A stretch of DNA of 32,000 nt from Methylophaga frappieri (GCF_000260965.1 NC_017856.1:2010001-2042000); one strand, 5' to 3'; shown: positions 6,844-16,980, numbered from the stretch's first letter. The notes: generated by a model from the sequence alone, not told the origin. Translations and numbers: made by a program.

Positions 6844-7641
6844 CTAATCCGTGCCGTCTAATAACCGACACAGTGTCTGGCGAATAATCTCTGGCTCAAA
6901 AGGCTTATCCATCAAAGCAGAGATGCCAGATTGCTGAACCTGACTCAGGCGCGTCTCATCTTGCTCACTGGTGACAATCAAAATCGGCAGAAAAGTATCA
7001 CCCAGTTGCTTACGAACAAATTGCGTCAGCGCCTGACCATCCATTTCCGGCATGTTTAAATCGCTGACTACTAAATCAAAGGGTTGTTTCTGTAAGTGAG
7101 TAATCGCTTCTAGTCCATTTTCAACCTTGACGATATGGCCAATACCGAGACTATCGAGAATTCGGCCAATGTGATTTCGTGAGGTGGTGCTGTCGTCCAC
7201 TAACAAGACGCGCAGGTTGGCCGGATCATAGTTTTCAAGCTGTAATTCTTGCGGATCAACGTGATCCACCGTGGTATGTAAAGCGCGGCGTAGATCTTCG
7301 GATTGAAATGGTTTTGGCAAAATCGCGACGACACCAGCCTGACGCAAGGGTTCGAGTGCTTCGGGATCGGTCTCGCTGGAGATCAGCATAAACAGACAAG
7401 CGGCGTTTTCGGCACGAATTTGCTGGAGTAATTCAACCGCAGTGCTGTCGGGTAAATACATGGCACTAATGACGAGATCCGGTGGATAACGACGGATTTG
7501 ATCCAAGGCTGCTTCAGCATCACTGACGCCATCAATTTTTTTCACACCAGCCGCTTGCAGCTCACGCATGATGATTTTTAGCTGTGTTGTTGAGGGTTCG
7601 ATCAGCAGGATCGAGAGTTGTGATTCATCAAGCTGCTGCAT
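6844..7641 (-). CDS. response regulator with two tandem receiver (REC) domains and no output domain; N-terminal REC is degenerate
   Basis: REC2 is canonical: LLVDDS, DLVVSDLNMPEMDG, IVTSE, DKPF. REC1 has EP in place of the acidic pair and Ala60 (codon 7462-7464) in DLVISAMYLPD where the phospho-acceptor Asp should be. REC1 keeps the Ser and Lys (LISSE, LPKPF). Confidence 0.8.
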   Translation of the reverse strand: MQQLDESQLSILLIEPSTTQLKIIMRELQAAGVKKIDGVSDAEAALDQIRRYPPDLVISAMYLPDSTAVELLQQIRAENAACLFMLISSETDPEALEPLRQAGVVAILPKPFQSEDLRRALHTTVDHVDPQELQLENYDPANLRVLLVDDSTTSRNHIGRILDSLGIGHIVKVENGLEAITHLQKQPFDLVVSDLNMPEMDGQALTQFVRKQLGDTFLPILIVTSEQDETRLSQVQQSGISALMDKPFEPEIIRQTLCRLLDGTD

Positions 7642-7655
7642 GGCGATTCCTGTGG

Positions 7656-8207
7656 TCAGGCGCTTAAACCGGCAGCAACCTGTTGTCTGCGGTTTGAGTC
7701 AGTTAATACTTCAACCAATGTTAAAGCAAATGCGATAGCCGTTCCGGGGCCTCTGGAGGTAATCCGTTTTCGATCAATGACAACGGCATCTGAACTGATT
7801 TGGACCAATGGGAAGGCGTCTGCTGTCAGCGTACCGGGAAACGCGGTTGCCTGGTAGTTATCCAGCAAACCATGTGTTGCTAATACACTGGGCGCAGCAC
7901 AAATGGCGGCCAGCCAGCGATCTTGCCTGCCATAATCGAGGAGTGATTGTTTAAGTCGGGTGTCGGCTAAAAGATGACGCGTGCCGGGCTGACCACCGGG
8001 TAAAACAATCATATCGAAGTCATTCACCGGTGTGTCAGCGAGAGATTGGTCAGCAACCAGTCGTACACCACGGCTGGCAGTGATATGAAGATTATCATCC
8101 AGACTAGCCGTGACCACCGATATGTCTGCACGACGCAGAATATCGATAATGGTCACGGCTTCCAGTTCTTCGCAGCCTTGTGCAAGTGGCACTAAAGCAG
8201 ATTTCAT
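7656..8207 (-). CDS. yajL: DJ-1/PfpI family protein (YajL-like deglycase/chaperone)
   Basis: The 183-aa ORF is collinear with E. coli YajL: E.EAVT.ID.L, VLPGG, nucleophile elbow AAICAAPSVLA, TSRGPGTAI.F. Confidence 0.8.
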   Translation of the reverse strand: MKSALVPLAQGCEELEAVTIIDILRRADISVVTASLDDNLHITASRGVRLVADQSLADTPVNDFDMIVLPGGQPGTRHLLADTRLKQSLLDYGRQDRWLAAICAAPSVLATHGLLDNYQATAFPGTLTADAFPLVQISSDAVVIDRKRITSRGPGTAIAFALTLVEVLTDSNRRQQVAAGLSA

Positions 8208-8214
8208 GTCGGTA

Positions 8215-9561
8215 TTAACGACGCTGTTGCAGGATCGTCATCCCTTTCAGCAAATTCAGCGCTTGAGAAAGTTGATAATCACGTACCGCTAGCGGTTGTT
8301 TCTCAATGTTTTCCGCATCGTCGTCGATGGTTTCCTCATTTAATGCATCAGGCGCGATTTGCTCTTCTTCCGACTTCTGGCCATTTTCCAAATGGTGGCT
8401 CAGGTCGGCCTCACGTAAGGGGACGAAAGGACTTTCTTCCGCTGCGGAGACTTGAATGCCTTCAATTTTGATGTCTGGCTCAATACCATCCGCCTGAATC
8501 GAACGGCCATCGGGTGTGTAGTAACGCGCTGTGGTCATTTTGACCGCCGTATCGTTGGTTAATGGCATCACAGTTTGCACCGAGCCTTTACCAAAGGTTT
8601 TATTGCCCATGACCACGCCACGTTTATGATCCTGCAAGGCGCCAGCAACGATTTCTGATGCAGAAGCAGAGCCACCATTGACTAAGACAATAACGGGTGC
8701 GCCATTAAGCATGTCGCCTGGTTTGGCATGGAATTTCTGATCTGAATCACCGATACGGCCTTCGGTGTAAACAATCAGCCCTTTATCGATAAAGGCGTCT
8801 GAGACATCAACGGCAGCATCAAGCACCCCGCCTGGATTATTTCGCAAGTCCAGAACCAGTCCCGCCAACTCGTCATCGTTTTCGGATTTTAGGGCGCTGA
8901 TGGCTTCACGGACACTTTGCCCGGTCGGTGACTGGAAGGTTGAAATACGCAGATAACCAAAGCCTGGTTCAAGCGTTTCATAGCGAACACTTTTCACTTT
9001 GATAATGGCGCGTTCGATTTCAATAATGAGCGGTTTATCTTCGCCTTCACGCATGATGGTCAAGACAATATTGCTACCCGGCTCGCCACGCATAATATCC
9101 ACCGCATCATTCAAGGTCATACCTTTGACGGGCGTGTCATCGAGACGAATAATCAGGTCACCGGCTTGAACGCCAGCTTTGGCTGCCGGGGTGTCATCAA
9201 TTGGTGCGACAACTTTGACAAAACCATCTTCCATCGACACTTCGATACCGAGGCCGCCAAACTCACCAGTGGTGCCTTCTCGCAGCTCTTTGAAGCCCTC
9301 TAAATCCAGATAACTGGAATGTGGGTCGAGGCCGGATAACATGCCGCGAATCGCATTTTCGATTAATACTTTGTCCTCTACCGGCTCGACATAGCTACTT
9401 TTAATTCGGCCAAAAATTTCAGAAAACGCGCGCAAATCTTCAATCGGTAGATCGGGTTGTGTCGGTGGACGTTCAGCAAACACCATCTGGCCAAATAACA
9501 AACTTACCCCGAACACCGCACCTGCCGTTAGCAGCGTCAGATCACGTTTCATCAATTTCAT
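8215..9561 (-). CDS. ctpA: S41 family carboxy-terminal processing peptidase
   Basis: 448 aa with an N-terminal signal/anchor and a PDZ region (GGLGIEV...AGVQAGDLI). The S41 catalytic region reads LVNGGSASASEIVAGALQD...GNKTFGKGSVQ. Confidence 0.9.
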   Translation of the reverse strand: MKLMKRDLTLLTAGAVFGVSLLFGQMVFAERPPTQPDLPIEDLRAFSEIFGRIKSSYVEPVEDKVLIENAIRGMLSGLDPHSSYLDLEGFKELREGTTGEFGGLGIEVSMEDGFVKVVAPIDDTPAAKAGVQAGDLIIRLDDTPVKGMTLNDAVDIMRGEPGSNIVLTIMREGEDKPLIIEIERAIIKVKSVRYETLEPGFGYLRISTFQSPTGQSVREAISALKSENDDELAGLVLDLRNNPGGVLDAAVDVSDAFIDKGLIVYTEGRIGDSDQKFHAKPGDMLNGAPVIVLVNGGSASASEIVAGALQDHKRGVVMGNKTFGKGSVQTVMPLTNDTAVKMTTARYYTPDGRSIQADGIEPDIKIEGIQVSAAEESPFVPLREADLSHHLENGQKSEEEQIAPDALNEETIDDDAENIEKQPLAVRDYQLSQALNLLKGMTILQQRR

Positions 9562-9582
9562 ATTTATTCCTTAAAAAATCGC

Positions 9583-10722
9583 TTAGCGCTGTTTTTGCAG
9601 CCATTTTAAAGGGTCAGTTGGCTGACCTTTTTGTCGAACTTCAAAATAAACGCCGGTCATTTGCCGTTCACGTTGTTGTCCACTCAATGCAATGGGCTCA
9701 CCTGCGTTCACCGTTTCGCCGGTAGATTTAAGTAAGCTGTCATTATGACCATACAAAGTCATAAATTGCTGGCCGTGGTCGACAATAATCAGCAGACCAT
9801 AACCTTGCATCCAATCTGCAAAGACAATGCGCCCGGCAGCACTGGCCTGAACCTGAGAACCGCTCTCTGCCGAAATCATAATGCCCTTCCACCGGAGTTT
9901 ACCAATATTTCTGGACGCACCATAGCGCGCCAGTAATTTGCCATCTGCCGGCCAAAGTAGACTGCCACTCTGACCAGAAAAAGACGGAATTGGTTTCTCG
10001 GGCGCTTTTTTCGGGGCCGGTGGTGGCTGTTTACGCAGTTTTTCCAATAAGCTTTGTAAGGCTTTTTCTTGTTGCTGTAGCGCGTTTAACCGTGAAGATT
10101 TATCACTGATTTGGTTATCCAGTTTTGCGAGCGTTTGCTGGCGCTGTTCGCGCTGCGCTTCTAACAGCGCCTGTTGTTGTGCTTGATTTTCTTGCAGAGC
10201 GAACAGGTCTTTTTGTGCCGCAAATACGGTTTTTTGTTCCTGACTTAACGACGCTAATTGATGCTCGATTTGGCTGAGCTGTGTCTGTCTGGCTTGATGA
10301 AAATACCGATAATACTGGTGATGCCGACTAATCAGCGCCGGATCATGTTGATTAAGCAGGATTTTCAGATAGCTGGGCTGCGCATGACGATAGGCAGCAC
10401 GTAATTGCTGATAAAGTGCATCGAGTTGCGCTTGCTGGGCTTCGGTTTGTTTGCCCATCTTTTGCTCAAGACCAGCGATATGCTGATTTTGCTTTGCGAT
10501 AGCATCTTGGGTTTGGTGGATATCTCGATCAAGTTGATCGATTTTTTTGTTTTGTTCCGCCAGTTGCGTTGCCAGACTGGCCCGCGATTGCTTATCCGCC
10601 TGCAGATCGGCATTCAGCGAATCCATTTCGCTGCGAACCGATTCCAGTTCCTTTTTGGGGCTTTCGGCCTGCACCGTCGACGCGATAAGCAAGCTGATAA
10701 GGCTGAGCAGTATGCATCGCAT
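9583..10722 (-). CDS. envC: murein hydrolase activator EnvC (coiled-coil plus LytM/M23 domain)
   Basis: A long Gln/Leu-rich coiled coil is followed by a C-terminal M23-like domain (GYGLLIIVDHGQQFMTLYGHN...GVYFEVR..G.P.DP..W). I prefer the ATG at 10722 (MRCILLSLISLLIASTVQA signal peptide) over the ORF-track TTG at 10746, which overlaps gpmI. The start is uncertain. Confidence 0.8.
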   Translation of the reverse strand: MRCILLSLISLLIASTVQAESPKKELESVRSEMDSLNADLQADKQSRASLATQLAEQNKKIDQLDRDIHQTQDAIAKQNQHIAGLEQKMGKQTEAQQAQLDALYQQLRAAYRHAQPSYLKILLNQHDPALISRHHQYYRYFHQARQTQLSQIEHQLASLSQEQKTVFAAQKDLFALQENQAQQQALLEAQREQRQQTLAKLDNQISDKSSRLNALQQQEKALQSLLEKLRKQPPPAPKKAPEKPIPSFSGQSGSLLWPADGKLLARYGASRNIGKLRWKGIMISAESGSQVQASAAGRIVFADWMQGYGLLIIVDHGQQFMTLYGHNDSLLKSTGETVNAGEPIALSGQQRERQMTGVYFEVRQKGQPTDPLKWLQKQR

Positions 10723-10729
10723 CGGGTGC

Positions 10730-12265
10730 TTATTCGGTCGGTTCAACTAAGATATGTTTGCTCATTTCCGCTGGAATGGGCAGATCAATCAAGCTCAGCA
10801 TGGTTGGCGCAATGTCAGAGAGATTGCCGGTTTCACTGCATTTGGCTGGGCGGCCGGCAAAAACAAATGGTACTAAATTACTGGTATGAGCCGTGTGTGC
10901 TTGATCTTTACCAATATCATGCATTTTTTCGGCGTTACCGTGATCGGCGGTGATCATCATTTCGCCGCCAACGGCTTGCAAGGCATCCCAAACCTTGCCA
11001 AGGCAGGTATCCACGGCTTCAATAGCCGCCACCGCCGCATCGAAGTTACCGGTATGACCGACCATATCGGCATTCGCAAAATTACAAATAATGACGTCAA
11101 AGGTGTTGCTGTGAATTGCATCAACCAGTTTTTCGGCAACTTCCGGCGCGCTCATCTCGGGTTGCTGATCATAGGTCTCGACTTTTGGCGATGGCACAAG
11201 AATCCGGGTCTCACCTTCGTACGGTTGATCGCGACCACCATTAAAAAAGAAAGTCACATGCGCGTATTTTTCTGTTTCGGCAATACGTAATTGCTGTTTG
11301 CCATGATTGGCCAGGTAATCACCGAGTAAATTAGCAAAGCTTTCCGGCGGAAAGGCGATAGGTGCAGCAAAGTCTTTTTTGTACTGCGTCAGGGTCACAT
11401 ATTCAGCCAACGCAATTTGTCGCGGTTTAGCGAAGGCGGAAAACGTTTCATCAATAAAGCATTCAGTCAGTTCTCTTGCCCGATCAGAACGGAAATTCAT
11501 GAATAAAACACTGTCGCCATCTTCGACTTTGACCGGTTCACCAATCACCGTAGCTTTTACAAACTCATCATTTTCATCGCGCGCATAGGCATTATCCAAA
11601 CCGGCCTCGGGCGTCTCAGCATGAAAACTGCCCTCGCCTTCGGTAATCAAGTTGTAGGCTTGCTCAACTCGGTTCCAGCGTTGATCGCGATCCATGGCAT
11701 AGAATCGGCCAATCATCGTGGCGATTCGACCGGCACCACACTCGGTAAAGGTGCCAGCCATTGCGGCTAGCGCAGCATGGGCACTGCGTGGTGGCGTATC
11801 ACGACCATCCAGAAAAGCATGCACGTAAATTTGTCTCGCACCCCGCTGTGCAGCGAGTTTGACCATCGCTTGAATATGCTCAACGTGGCTATGCACGCCA
11901 CCATCAGATAGCAAACCCATGATATGAACAGCTTTATCCGCTTGGACGGCTTTATCCACCGCAGCAGAAAGGATGGGGTTGGTGAAAAAATCGCCATCGA
12001 GAATCGCTTTGCCGATACGGGTGAAATCCTGATAGATAATGCGGCCGGCACCGATATTCATGTGACCGACTTCGGAATTACCCATCTGCTCGCCAGGTAA
12101 GCCAACGCCAGTACCGGAAGCATGGATCAGGGTGCGGGGACAGGTTTGCCATAATTTGTCCCAAACCGGTGTCTTTGCCGCCAGAATCGCATTGTGTGCG
12201 GGATCTTCACTATGCCCCCAGCCATCCAAAATGATCAATGCCAGGGGACGAGGTGTCTGAGTCAT
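10730..12265 (-). CDS. gpmI: 2,3-bisphosphoglycerate-independent phosphoglycerate mutase
   Basis: 511 aa: [38 protein letters not shown]. The gpmI-envC-ctpA order is conserved in many gammaproteobacteria. Confidence 0.95.
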   Translation of the reverse strand: MTQTPRPLALIILDGWGHSEDPAHNAILAAKTPVWDKLWQTCPRTLIHASGTGVGLPGEQMGNSEVGHMNIGAGRIIYQDFTRIGKAILDGDFFTNPILSAAVDKAVQADKAVHIMGLLSDGGVHSHVEHIQAMVKLAAQRGARQIYVHAFLDGRDTPPRSAHAALAAMAGTFTECGAGRIATMIGRFYAMDRDQRWNRVEQAYNLITEGEGSFHAETPEAGLDNAYARDENDEFVKATVIGEPVKVEDGDSVLFMNFRSDRARELTECFIDETFSAFAKPRQIALAEYVTLTQYKKDFAAPIAFPPESFANLLGDYLANHGKQQLRIAETEKYAHVTFFFNGGRDQPYEGETRILVPSPKVETYDQQPEMSAPEVAEKLVDAIHSNTFDVIICNFANADMVGHTGNFDAAVAAIEAVDTCLGKVWDALQAVGGEMMITADHGNAEKMHDIGKDQAHTAHTSNLVPFVFAGRPAKCSETGNLSDIAPTMLSLIDLPIPAEMSKHILVEPTE

Positions 12266-12578
12266 GATTTTATCCTTGCTATATCAGATGGCTAGGGCGA
12301 TGCGCCCAAGCTGGCAGGTTAAAGCCTGCATTTTCAAGTCGATGCCGTGTATTATATGGCGTTTTGCAATGATTTACAGTCAGGGCATGGAGAAATCAGT
12401 CGTATTCAGACTTTCTCAGGTCGAGGTGAAAGCTTAGGTAAACGTGGTCAATGCTAAGAGGTTAACCTGGTTGAGCTCAGCACGCCGGTGAAACCAGCGG
12501 TTGTTTTCATGGCCTTGTAGAATCGCCATTTTGCCCTGATGTGATGAGTGCTACATTCCAAATGATGGACGCAGGATA

Positions 12579-12998
12579 ATGGAAAATTTAGGCGAATTTA
12601 TCGTTAATCACTGGATTTTATCCAGTCTTTTTGTCGTGTTGTTGTTTTTGATTTTTTCCGACACGCTGACACGCCAGTTAAGCGGGGCGAAGTCGCTGAG
12701 CGTCAACGAAGCGGTCACCCTTGTTAATCAGCAAAAAGGGTGCTTTGTTGATATTCGAAGTAAAGAGGCGTTTGAAAAATCGCATATCGCGGATGCGGTT
12801 AACCTGCCACCTGATGCATTGGCTGAAGCCGAAAAGAAACTGAAGAAACCACAACAACCGTTAGTGGTGGTCTGTGATAGCGGCCAGCGTGCCAGACAGG
12901 CAGCCCGGCAGCTTAAAAAGCAAGGTTATACTGATGTTTCGGTAATGACCGGTGGTTTGTATGCTTGGCGTGAAGCCAAGTTGCCCTTGTTTGACTAG
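12579..12998 (+). CDS. membrane-anchored rhodanese-domain protein (YibN-like)
   Basis: 139 aa with an N-terminal TM helix (HWILSSLFVVLLFLIF). The rhodanese fold has the active-site loop VVVCDSGQRA. It occupies the yibN position upstream of grxC-secB-gpsA, as in E. coli. Confidence 0.75.
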   Translation: MENLGEFIVNHWILSSLFVVLLFLIFSDTLTRQLSGAKSLSVNEAVTLVNQQKGCFVDIRSKEAFEKSHIADAVNLPPDALAEAEKKLKKPQQPLVVVCDSGQRARQAARQLKKQGYTDVSVMTGGLYAWREAKLPLFD

Positions 12999-13011
12999 AG
13001 GTAAATTCAAT

Positions 13012-13263
13012 ATGTCACAAGTCACTATCTACTCAACCGCACAGTGCCCTTATTGCGTGATGGCCAAGCAGCTATTAGATCGTAAAGGGATTGCTTACAA
13101 CGAAATTCGCATTGACGAATCACCGGAAAAGCGTCAGGAAATGATGCAAAAAAGTCAGCAACGCACGGTGCCACAAATTTTCATAAACGATCAGGCAATC
13201 GGTGGTTACACCGACTTAGTTGCACTGGATCGAGCAAATGAGCTCGATAAAATGCTGGCCTGA
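13012..13263 (+). CDS. grxC: glutaredoxin 3
   Basis: The start was moved to ATG 13012 (AGAGG at 12997-13001), giving MSQVTIYSTAQCPYCVMAK with the CPYC active site and TVPQIFI..Q.IGG. The ORF-track start at 12952 overlaps the rhodanese gene. Confidence 0.9.
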   Translation: MSQVTIYSTAQCPYCVMAKQLLDRKGIAYNEIRIDESPEKRQEMMQKSQQRTVPQIFINDQAIGGYTDLVALDRANELDKMLA

Positions 13264-13299
13264 TTTTACTAAAAAAACTTATCGAGAAAGGACAGACGC

Positions 13300-13791
13300 A
13301 TGGCGGAAGACAACGCAGCAGCACAAGAACAACAAGCACGATTTATTATTCAAAAAATCTATACCAAAGATATTTCCTTCGAAACACCGAATTCACCGGC
13401 AATTTTCCGTGAAGAGTGGAAGCCTACGCTAGATCTGCAATTGGGCACCGAACACGAAAAAATTGATGAAGAAAACCATGAAATCGTTCTGGTGGTGACG
13501 GTCACGGCGCGCGTCAATGACAAAGTTGCTTTTATTGCCGAAGTTAAACAAGCCGGTATTTTTACGCTGGCTGGTTACTCGGATGATGAAATGGGGCCAC
13601 TGATCGGCAGCTATTGCCCGAATACTGTTTTCCCCTTTGCCCGTGAAGTCGTTGCGGATATGGTCACTAAAGGCGGTTTCCCACAGTTGGTTCTGGCACC
13701 GGTGAACTTTGATGCGGTTTATAAACGTAAGCTCGACTCAATGGCACAAATGCGTGAACAGTCCGCAGGCAATCCGGAACAAACCCACTAA
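13300..13791 (+). CDS. secB: protein-export chaperone SecB
   Basis: 163 aa: F.IQKIYTKDISFE.PN.P..F...W.P...L.L, CPN.VFPFAREVV.D.V..GGFP.L.L.P.NF. Confidence 0.9.
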   Translation: MAEDNAAAQEQQARFIIQKIYTKDISFETPNSPAIFREEWKPTLDLQLGTEHEKIDEENHEIVLVVTVTARVNDKVAFIAEVKQAGIFTLAGYSDDEMGPLIGSYCPNTVFPFAREVVADMVTKGGFPQLVLAPVNFDAVYKRKLDSMAQMREQSAGNPEQTH

Positions 13792-13812
13792 GCACGAAAG
13801 AGCGAAAACCCA

Positions 13813-14841
13813 ATGTCTGCACAACGGCTTTTACCGACGTTGGTAATAGGTGGTGGCGCCTGGGGAACGGCGCTGGCCATTGCCTTGGCGCGTAACGAAC
13901 ACCAGACTTGGCTGTGGACACGTGATGCCGAAATGGCCGAGGTGATGCAAAAACAGCGTTGTAATACACGCTATTTACCTGGTGTGACGTTGCCATCTGC
14001 GCTGGAGATCAAAACAGATTTGCAAGCGGCGGTTCAGCAGGCCGCACATATTTTGATTGCCGTGCCAAGTAAAGCTTTTGCCGGTGTGCTGGATAGTCTG
14101 CAACCCTGGCTTTCGGATAACGAAAAGCCGGTAAGCTGGGCAACCAAAGGCTTGTTGCCGGAGTCGGGTGCGTTTTTGCAGCAGGCTGTTCAATCAAAGC
14201 TGGGAAGTACGCGGCCTTTGGCCATTATTTCTGGACCGTCATTTGCGGCGGAGGTGGCAGCAGGATTGCCGACAGCGCTGACCGTGGCGTCATCGAATGT
14301 GGCATTTGCCAGTGATTTGGCAACTTTGCTGCATGGGCCTCAATTACGCGCCTACTATTCACCGGATGTGATTGGGGTGCAGATTGGCGGTGCGGTCAAA
14401 AATGTTCTGGCTATTGCTGCTGGTATCAGTGACGGCTTGCAATATGGCGCGAATGCGCGTGCTGCGTTATTGACCCGCGGTATGGCAGAAACGCTTCGTT
14501 TGGCGACCGCGTTAGGTGCCGATGTACAAACCATGTTTGGGCTGGCTGGTATGGGCGATTTGATCCTGACGTGTACCGATGATCAGAGTCGTAATCGTCA
14601 GCTTGGTTTACACATTGGCCAAGGCGCATCAGTCGCAGAAGCCGTGCATAAGGTGGGCCGTACGGTGGAAGGTATGGATGCGGCACGAGAGGTGCAAATG
14701 TTGGCCCAGCAGTTAAATATTGAGATGCCAATCGTTGATCAGGTATGCAAAGTGTTGTTTGCAGGGTACGATCCGCGGCAATCAGTGCAAGCGCTGTTGC
14801 GTCGGGAGTTAAAGGCGGAAGATAGCCAGAATACGGTCTGA
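13813..14841 (+). CDS. gpsA: NAD(P)H-dependent glycerol-3-phosphate dehydrogenase
   Basis: 342 aa: GGGAWGTALA, N.RYLPG, SGPSFA.EVA.GLPTA, GGA.KNV.AIA.G..DGL..G.N..AAL.TRG. Confidence 0.95.
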   Translation: MSAQRLLPTLVIGGGAWGTALAIALARNEHQTWLWTRDAEMAEVMQKQRCNTRYLPGVTLPSALEIKTDLQAAVQQAAHILIAVPSKAFAGVLDSLQPWLSDNEKPVSWATKGLLPESGAFLQQAVQSKLGSTRPLAIISGPSFAAEVAAGLPTALTVASSNVAFASDLATLLHGPQLRAYYSPDVIGVQIGGAVKNVLAIAAGISDGLQYGANARAALLTRGMAETLRLATALGADVQTMFGLAGMGDLILTCTDDQSRNRQLGLHIGQGASVAEAVHKVGRTVEGMDAAREVQMLAQQLNIEMPIVDQVCKVLFAGYDPRQSVQALLRRELKAEDSQNTV

Positions 14842-14880
14842 TTTAGCGATAACCTACTGAATATAAAAGAGGAAATGTTT

Positions 14881-15756
14881 ATGCGTGGTTTTGTAAAATA
14901 CAGCGGCGTCATTGCGCTGGGTATGACAATGCTGGTCGGGCTTTCTGCTTGCGGTGGCTCATCTAACCAGGCTGACGATCTGGAAGTGGTTGTTACCGAT
15001 GAAGGCAAAATCCTTTGGGAAACCGGCCTGCAATACGTCAAAGTGGTGGAGCGAGATGCACCGGGCGAAGCCAATCAACATCCTTATGCCATTTCGCAGG
15101 AAGAAATGCGTGATGTGTTGAATTCGATGTATGTCACGCAACGTGTTTTGTTGAAAGAAACGCAAATTCCGCTGTTTTCTCCGGGAGAAGTCCAAACCTT
15201 GTCTTCGACTATCGCACGGGGGTTGGGGATGGCGACTACCGGTGAAGATGTCACCTTCGTTACTTTGGGGGTCCATCAGGGGGCGTTGGCGCGCGAACGA
15301 AACACCAACTCAGGTCGGGTTTTTATTGATTCGCGTGGTCGGTTGAACATCATTTTTGGCCTGTTGCAGGCGGAATATCGTGATAAAGATCAATTTACCG
15401 GTCAGGAAATTGATCGTCGGGTGAATCCACTGCGTCCAGGTAGTCGCCGCGTTGACGCTAATCCTGCTACCCGTCTTGCCTTAGATAATGGCCAGGCTTA
15501 TTACACTGATCCAGAAACAGGGGAAGAGCGTAACGACTGGGTGGTTATTGATATCCCGACCGTGCTGGCGACCATGCAGCAACGTCGTGGTGACTCTCAA
15601 ACAGGTACGGTGACGCCGGCGCTGAAAGAGCAAATTGATCGCAACACCCGTGATAATCAAATTCTGCGCGAAGATATGACGAACATTAAAGAAATTTTGT
15701 TTGAGATGTCAGCAGAAATCGAAGCATTACGTGAAGATTTGAAAGCCGGCGAATAA
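14881..15756 (+). CDS. hypothetical lipoprotein
   Basis: I prefer the ATG at 14881 (AGAGGA at 14868-14873, 7-nt spacing) over 14875. Lipoprotein signal: MRGFVKYSGVIALGMTMLVGLSA|CGG (lipobox LSAC). The C-terminus looks coiled-coil. I recognise no family. A strong terminator follows. Confidence 0.65.
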   Translation: MRGFVKYSGVIALGMTMLVGLSACGGSSNQADDLEVVVTDEGKILWETGLQYVKVVERDAPGEANQHPYAISQEEMRDVLNSMYVTQRVLLKETQIPLFSPGEVQTLSSTIARGLGMATTGEDVTFVTLGVHQGALARERNTNSGRVFIDSRGRLNIIFGLLQAEYRDKDQFTGQEIDRRVNPLRPGSRRVDANPATRLALDNGQAYYTDPETGEERNDWVVIDIPTVLATMQQRRGDSQTGTVTPALKEQIDRNTRDNQILREDMTNIKEILFEMSAEIEALREDLKAGE

Positions 15757-15771
15757 CGTTTTCGCGTAGAT

Positions 15772-15797
15772 AAAAAAGGCGCTTCGGCGCCTTTTTT
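15772..15797. terminator. bidirectional rho-independent terminator
   Basis: AAAAAA-GGCGC-TTCG-GCGCC-TTTTTT: a GC stem with a TTCG tetraloop, flanked by A6 and T6. It lies between convergent genes, and the T-tract overlaps the TAA stop (15796-15798) of the minus-strand methyltransferase gene. Confidence 0.85.
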
Positions 15798-16965
15798 ATT
15801 GCTCGTAAGATGAGGCTAAGCGCTGCCGTTGATCGCCTTGTTGGAGGCGCGGTAAGGCAATCTCGCGGGTCAGTGTCAGCACTTTGAAACGCTCCCCCAT
15901 CATGTTTGGCAATAATAGTTGCTTGAGCGCGGCTACCTGAGCCAAGGTCGGTTGCTCGGATTGAATCAGAGTCAAAATCTCGCCGGATATTAAAAAATCG
16001 CGTTGCGTTTGAAATGCGGAGACGGTCAAGCCGGCCACATATGCCGCCTCGGCTAGCTCAGAAAAATTAAGGTGTGCTGTGATGTCCTGTAAGCCAGGCC
16101 AGAAAAAGACATCGTCATGAACCTGATGACGATAATGACAGTGAATGCCCCCTTCAGCGCGACTGACATGAAAGTAATCCTGGAATGGGTAGCCATAATC
16201 AGCAATAAAAATGGCGCCATGCGCTAATCGCTCAGCTAGGGTATTTACCCAGGCCAGCGCCGTTTGATTGACTTCGGTGATAAAACCAAAATTGGGGATT
16301 TCATTGCTTACCGCTTGCAGGCTCGCCAATATTGCCGCGTCTTGCACTGGCTGAGTTTGCCACGCTAGCTCACCTTGACCAATCAGGCCGATACCGCGTT
16401 CGACGATCTGCCCTGCCCCGATTTGAAAGCTGCGCACAGGCATGGCATCACAAACTTCATTCGCGATAATTGCACCAGTGAAATTATCAGGCAATTGCGC
16501 CAGCCAATGAACGCGATCGATAAGCGCCGGTATCTGCTGGTGGATCAGCTGTCGTTGTCGCTGTTGCAGCGTTGCACTGGTTTCCAGAATAAAATACCGT
16601 TTTGGCAGGTGTTGGCGTTGTTGCAGTTGTTTTAAGAGATCAACAGCAAACTGACCACTTCCGGCGCCAAACTCCAGACAGTCGCCGGTTGTTTGAATGA
16701 GCACTTCAGCAATATGGTTAGCGAAAGTGGCTGCATATAACGGACTGATTTCCGCCGCGGTGACAAAGTCCCCCGCCGCGCCGAGTTTAGGCAGGGTGTT
16801 TTGGTAATAGCCAAGTCCGGGATAATACAAACAATGCTGCATGAACAGATCAAAACGTAACCAGCCATTGTGCTGATGAATCGCCGACTGGATGTGCTGT
16901 TGTAGTGTCATGCTGAGCTGTTGCGCAGCAATGTCTGGTAAGGGTAATTTGTGCGTTTGAGTCAT
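15796..16965 (-). CDS. class I SAM-dependent methyltransferase, MidA/NDUFAF7-like (COG1565/DUF185)
   Basis: 389 aa: YY......LG..GDF.TA.EISPL.A...A, plus the SAM motif LEFGAGSGQFA. Confidence 0.75.
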   Translation of the reverse strand: MTQTHKLPLPDIAAQQLSMTLQQHIQSAIHQHNGWLRFDLFMQHCLYYPGLGYYQNTLPKLGAAGDFVTAAEISPLYAATFANHIAEVLIQTTGDCLEFGAGSGQFAVDLLKQLQQRQHLPKRYFILETSATLQQRQRQLIHQQIPALIDRVHWLAQLPDNFTGAIIANEVCDAMPVRSFQIGAGQIVERGIGLIGQGELAWQTQPVQDAAILASLQAVSNEIPNFGFITEVNQTALAWVNTLAERLAHGAIFIADYGYPFQDYFHVSRAEGGIHCHYRHQVHDDVFFWPGLQDITAHLNFSELAEAAYVAGLTVSAFQTQRDFLISGEILTLIQSEQPTLAQVAALKQLLLPNMMGERFKVLTLTREIALPRLQQGDQRQRLASSYEQ

Positions 16966-16980
16966 TAATGAGGTGTATCG

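Noticed and set aside
12266-12578. 313-bp gpmI/rhodanese divergent intergenic region with several long-range complementary segments, for example CAGGGCA ... TGCCCTG ~150 nt apart, GAGAAA/TTTCTC and CTGGTT/AACCAG. I considered an sRNA or 6S-like RNA.
   Set aside because: The stems are short (6-7 bp) and I recognise no match to any RNA family. There is no terminator-like end. The space is adequately explained by two divergent promoters. I cannot test covariation without homologs.
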